A stretch of 64,000 nucleotides of DNA, taken from contig NIVC01003908.1 in assembly GCA_002269645.1 (NCBI GenBank), forward strand, positions 1 through 64,000. Reading direction: 5' to 3'. The number at the start of each line of letters is the position of its first letter. Position 1 is the stretch's first letter. This document shows, piece by piece, positions 59,097 through 64,000 of this stretch. The notes under the pieces are model-generated. The model ran no database searches. It saw only the letters and a program-made list of their open reading frames with translations, and was not told the DNA's origin. This stretch comes from Macrostomum lignano. Taxonomy: Eukaryota. The position numbers and the translations under genes were made by a program.

Positions 59097-59531
59097 TCAG
59101 TCAGTGGTCTCAGCAGTTGTAGCAGGAGCTTGATAATCAGTTGTAGCACGAGCTTGATCATCAGTTGTACCACGAGCTTGATCAGCAGTTGCAGCACTGC
59201 CTTGATATGGTGGTGGTGGTGATGGTGGTGGCGATACTTCATTCTCCACAGCTGTCAAATCCCGCACATCAGCTTCCAAATTGCGAAACTGAATAGCATA
59301 GGTCTGCATACTTCTACGCTTGGACAGATTCTCCTTTAGCAGGTTTAGAAGAGCTGTTTCCTTCTTAAATGACCGATGGACATCAGCTCCTTTAAGTCGA
59401 GCAATTAATGTTTCGGGATCTAGGCCAGCAAATAAAGTTGAAGGTAGGAGTATTCGAATCTTCCGCTCAGTTTCCTCAAATGCTTTTTTATGTTCCTTGT
59501 ATCGCTTTCGCAGTTCTATTTCTGATGGCAT
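59097..59531 (-). CDS. 144-aa coiled-coil protein with PPxY motif
   Basis: Intact ORF with FAGLDPETLIARL and SPPPSPPPPYQ. Homolog at 37209..37644. Confidence 0.7.
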   Translation of the reverse strand: MPSEIELRKRYKEHKKAFEETERKIRILLPSTLFAGLDPETLIARLKGADVHRSFKKETALLNLLKENLSKRRSMQTYAIQFRNLEADVRDLTAVENEVSPPPSPPPPYQGSAATADQARGTTDDQARATTDYQAPATTAETTD

Positions 59532-59767
59532 TTTTCAGCTTGATCACATAAAAACACAACTGAAGCTTGGGCAATATAAAATACACTATTTACACTATGA
59601 TGTATTATCATTGGTTGCCAAAACCAAAACTTTTTTGGCAGAAATTTTGGTCGCAAGATTTGGCAGAAATTTTGGCAGAAATTTTGGCAGCCAATGAGAA
59701 AGCGACAATGGGTGAAAAGAATGCAACTTGCAGGCTCATGCCAGATGCAGAAAAAAGTCTACCCACA

Positions 59768-60068
59768 TGAGTCAGAATTGTAGTTACTTGAGAAGCTCGG
59801 CATCGCACTGCACATGCACACTGAAAGAAACTATGTTCCTTTTTTCTTTAAAGCAGAATGACTCAACATTCTTTCTAGCTTTTCGCATCAAGAATGAAGC
59901 AAAGCAACTAACCTAACCCTAACAGTTTAGCAGTTGAGTCAATAAGAATTTATTGTTCCTTTATCAATAGGTTTTGAATATCAGCATGCTGCAGCAGGAA
60001 TTGAGCACCTCTTAAACCCCAACTCTAAAGCACGGCCATGGCAGTTTTTTCTCTATTTTCATGACTCA
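59768..60068. promoter_or_regulatory. Cluster of four AP-1 consensus sites in a divergent promoter
   Basis: TGAGTCA at 59768 and 59935. TGACTCA at 59859 and 60062. Confidence 0.5.
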
Positions 60069-60258
60069 GTGCGCATGTAAGAAGTCGCTTAGGTGGCTTG
60101 ATAAAAACCCGCTTTAGTTTTGGAAGCAATACAACACACGTTTATCAGACAGACTAAAGCAAACAGAGCGAACATATAAATCACACAACTCAGCAACAAC
60201 GAAAAGGTAAGAAATAAGAGTTTTGTTCTTGTGTTGATTTTGATACTAAATAGTTATA

Positions 60259-60894
60259 ATGCCCTACATTTTAGAATCCCGTATGGAGGCAGCAATGGCA
60301 TCATTCGAATCCGACCTCGATAGTCTTATCAAGAAGATTTTTTGTAGTGGGGATTTAAAGCATTGTAAGAAATGGATAGGAGAATACAACAAGGTTGCTA
60401 GAAAATTTAATAGGAAGAAGTTTGCTATTCCAACTTTTCGAGGTAGATTGGAGAGAGTGGACAAGACAAAGGAACGAATAGCAGAAGCTGCTAAAATACT
60501 GCGGGATTCGATGGAGCATCAAGAGCCGGGAGAGATTAATGAATTTATGGACGGAGAGTATCAATTTCAGGATGCAATTACAGAACTTAATTCCATTGAT
60601 AAAATGATAAACGAGCTACAGTGCCGGGGCTTGCAGTATGGAATTAAGTCTGGTCAGATATTAATAAGAATGAAGCTTTCATTGAGTGACGAGGAGTATA
60701 AAGTATTTTTGTCTAGACTACGCTTTAAGTCGGCGTGGGGGAACTATTTAGTCCGAGTGGCTCGTCTAAGCACAGCACATCCAATTCTGTGGCGTTGTGG
60801 CATCTCACTGTTTCGCCTACGTTCTATAATCAAGTACGCTGAGAAAGCCCTGGAGATGCTGGAGGAAGAGGAGGAAGATGCACTTCTGATCTGA
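60259..60894 (+). CDS. 211-aa accessory protein, homolog of ORF207
   Basis: Colinear similarity along the whole length with 52987..53610. Confidence 0.8.
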   Translation: MPYILESRMEAAMASFESDLDSLIKKIFCSGDLKHCKKWIGEYNKVARKFNRKKFAIPTFRGRLERVDKTKERIAEAAKILRDSMEHQEPGEINEFMDGEYQFQDAITELNSIDKMINELQCRGLQYGIKSGQILIRMKLSLSDEEYKVFLSRLRFKSAWGNYLVRVARLSTAHPILWRCGISLFRLRSIIKYAEKALEMLEEEEEDALLI

Positions 60895-60954
60895 CGAAAA
60901 TCTTATTGCGCGCGTTGTGAATCATAACATCTGACTCTCATTATGCTGACTATT

Positions 60955-61368
60955 CTTTTTCACATCGAATACTGCAGTATCTGGATCTTTTTTGCTCGTT
61001 GCTTTTTCACATCGAATACTGCAGTATCTGGTTCTTTTTTGCTCGTTGCTTTTTCACATCGAATACTGCAGTATCTGGTTCTTTTTTGCTCGTTGCTTTT
61101 TCACATCGAATACTGCAGTATCTGGTTCTTTTTTGCTCGTTGCTTTTTCACATCGAATACTGCAGTATCTGGTTCTTTTTTGCTCGTTGCTTTTTCACAT
61201 CGAATACTGCAGTATCTGGATCTTTTTTGTTCGTTGCTTTTTCACATCGAATACTGCAGTATCTGGTTCTTTTTTGCTCGTTGCTTTTCACATCGAATAC
61301 TGCAGTATCTGGTTCTTTTTTGCTCGCTGCTTTTTCACATCGAATACTGCAGTATCTGGTTCTTTTTC
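60955..61368. repeat. 47-bp tandem repeat, 9 copies, with a 12-bp palindrome
   Basis: Unit CACATCGAATACTGCAGTATCTGGTTCTTTTTTGCTCGTTGCTTTTT contains ATACTGCAGTAT. Confidence 0.95.
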
Positions 61369-61477
61369 TGCCTATTGTAATATCGCTTATACATTTCTAA
61401 TTGCTTAATCGTGTGGATGCCACAATAAATTTATAACGTCATTACATAATTTTCCTGCTAAATTTATTTTATAAAAA

Positions 61478-64000
61478 ATGGAACAACTCAGAAAGATGAG
61501 TGATGAAGAATTTGAACAATACATTCAAGCTGAGCGGTTTCGGCGTCAGCAGCAAAAGCACACAGATAATGAGCCTATAGCGGAGTCCAAAGAAGATGAA
61601 GTGGCAGCTCCGCAGATTGGTGATGAAATAATACTACATAAATCCTTTAGAGAGAAGTATAATAAGAAGTCAGAAATTTCAGAGTACGTCATTAGGAATG
61701 TTAATGAAGGTTATATAACAAAGGTTTTTATTCAGTATGAAGATGCAATTAAAGCAGTGTTGGAGAAAGTTAGAGATGGTGGACGGAGTAAGTTCAACTT
61801 GCATTTTGAACTAGAATTCAAAAAGAATTTTAACGAAGACATTCCTCCATTCACAGTCTATGACAATGAAAGTGGATTCTACAATATTCAGTCAGATTCA
61901 CAGTATGACGCTGCCCTTACCGAAAGACAGAAGATATTGGAAAAGTTCATTGATGAGTTCTGTGAGAAGGGATCAGATAATGTCTTTGTGCAGATAAAAT
62001 CTATCTACATCAGAGTTGCCAAGGTTTCTAGCATTCAGGGAGGATCCTTCTTTACTAACAATGAAGTTAAAAAATGTCTATCAATTCTTAACATTCAGAA
62101 TGATGATGAGAAATGCTTCCTCTGGTGTGTATTAGCTGTTAAACATCCACAAAATAAAGATGGTTATCGAGTGTCAAAATATAAACCATATGAAAAAGAA
62201 CTTAATCTCACCGATATCCAATTCCCCATGAGAATAAAAGATATAAAAAAGTTTGAAAGACTAAATGAAGAGTTTGCTGTTAATGTGCTGTATTATGAAG
62301 GTAAATTCCCAGATACACTACAACATCTCTATGTCTCACCTCATAATCAACGAACTTATGTAGTAGATTTACTATACTTGGAGGAAGATGGTAAGACTCA
62401 TTATTGTCTGATAAAAAATCTTACAACATTAGTTTCAAAACAAACTGGAAAGCGTGTAAATCACAAGTCATTTTTATGCAGAACATGCATGACTGTTTAC
62501 ACAAGTGAAACCGTGTTGGCCGAGCACTCAAGGTTGTGCGGTAAAAATGCACCTGGTCATTATAAATTACCTAAGGAAGAATCGAAGCTGAAATTTAAAA
62601 ATCATATATTCAAACTAAAGCTACCCATCGCTATCTATGCTGACTTTGAAGCAACAACTGAACCCATTGAAGCACAAAGTAAAAGCTTCACTAAGATTTT
62701 AGACAAAGAGTCATATACTCTAAAAGTAGCAAATCAGAACGCAATAGCTTACGGTTTTTATATCCATTCTGAGTTACCCGAGGTAATTAATGTTGAAGTT
62801 TTTTCAACAGCTTTTTCAACAGCTATTTGCTCCTGTGTATCTATGGTTGTTAGTTCATATCGGTACGATACTGTATTGAATATTTATTGAACTTTCTAGA
62901 AAGGGATACGCACAGCTATTTGCATTAACAATATTAATCAATATTATGTATCTGACAATTACTATATAAAGTACTAAAAGTACGAGCTATAAACTATAAA
63001 CAACAATTAAATCGAAGTATGAAGGATATTGTGGCACAGATGCCAAGGAAAAATATGTTGATAGAATGGTTGAAATTCATCAACAAATTAAGAATGGTCT
63101 GAAGGAGCCTAAGCATATTAATCATAATTTGACAGCGCAAGAGGAGGCTTCTTACTGTAAGGCTAAACAATGCTACATATGCGAGAAGGAGTTTGATATG
63201 GTTCCAGATATGAAGGTGCATGTGAAGGAAATTGACAGTAAAGTTACTATAGAATCTTGGTGCAAAAATGTCTGAACAAGAGCAATAATATAAGTAAATA
63301 TAAGATCACAAAGCAACAATGGAAAGAGTTTTACAGGGCTGAAAAATGTGCGAATTGTAAAAATGACTTCACACTTAAGCTAGGTAAGGTAAGAGAACAT
63401 TGTCACTATAGTGGCAAATATAGAGGGGCTGCCTGTAAATCCTGCAATGCTCTCGAAAGTAAGAAGCGAGTAATCCCAATCTACTTCCAGAATGGATCCC
63501 ACTATGACTTTCACTTCTTAGTGACACACTTAAAGAGCAAAGAGATCATGGAGGATAAATTATTTCCTCCACTATCTAAAACTTCTGAAGAGTACATTTC
63601 TCTCGAGTTTGGATGTAACAAAGTAGTACTGAGGTTCCTAGATTCATACAGGTTCTTGGCTTCCTCGCTGGATATCTGCGCAAAGTCCCTGAAGGATGAA
63701 GACTTCATCATAACAAAGAAATACTTTAAAAACGACAGCGATTTTCAATATGTTAAGCGCAAGGGTGTATTCCCATATGAGTATATCAGAAGCTTTGGAA
63801 GATTAGCAGAAACTGAGTTACCACCATTGAAAGAGTTTTACTCGAGGTTGAAAGGTGAAGACATTTCTTCAGATGAATATGATTTTGCAAAACAAATGTG
63901 GAAAACTTTTAATTGTAAGAATTTGGAGGATTATATGATGCTGTATCTTAAGGTTGACGTTCTATTATTAGCAGATGTATTCGAACGCTATAGAACATTC
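61478..64000 (+). pseudogene. pPolB of a third Polinton, interrupted by a solo LTR and a frameshift, runs off the window
   Basis: NIQNDDEKCFLWC, HYCLIKNL, PIAIYADFEA, REHCHYSGKYRGAAC, FLDSYRFL, RKGVFPYEY, YLKVDVLLLADVFE. Confidence 0.93.
62791..63005 (+). mobile_element. Solo LTR inserted in pPolB
   Basis: TGTTG...CAACA termini and 5-bp TSD ATTAA (62786-62790, 63006-63010). Removing it restores the frame EVIKSKYEGY. Confidence 0.88.

Noticed and set aside
60943-61408. Three overlapping hydrophobic ORFs
   Set aside because: Artefacts of the stop-free 47-bp tandem repeat.

Overview
Eukaryotic, transposon-dense DNA, probably from an invertebrate animal (host not identifiable). No host gene, rRNA, true tRNA or CRISPR array is supportable. 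The window is a nested cluster of Polinton/Maverick (adintovirus-like) endogenous virus elements. (1) A complete 15.8 kb element at 71..15913 has ~700 bp TIRs, a 6-bp TSD (TGAGTC) and the full gene set: PLA2, integrase, pPolB, protease, ATPase, major and minor capsid, core proteins. Its integrase, polymerase and protease are frameshifted. (2) A second, unrelated Polinton (~18700..27212) has an intact-looking integrase, penton and protease, a frameshifted capsid and ATPase, a divergent TBP-like gene, and no polymerase in view. (3) Several deletion derivatives of family 1 lie at 35945..38981, 48954..54820 and 55375..56003. (4) A third Polinton runs from ~57600 past the window end. Interleaved are Ty3/Gypsy and BEL/Pao retrotransposons, solo LTRs, a hAT remnant, a MITE and a tRNA-SINE. 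The best leads are: a self-encoded TBP-like factor paired with TATAAATA boxes before structural genes; heat-shock-element and AP-1 promoters in a hypervariable accessory region next to the TIR; two unannotated accessory gene families; ESCRT late-domain motifs; and an 8-copy palindrome array with variable spacers. All homology calls come from recognising motifs by eye, not from database searches.
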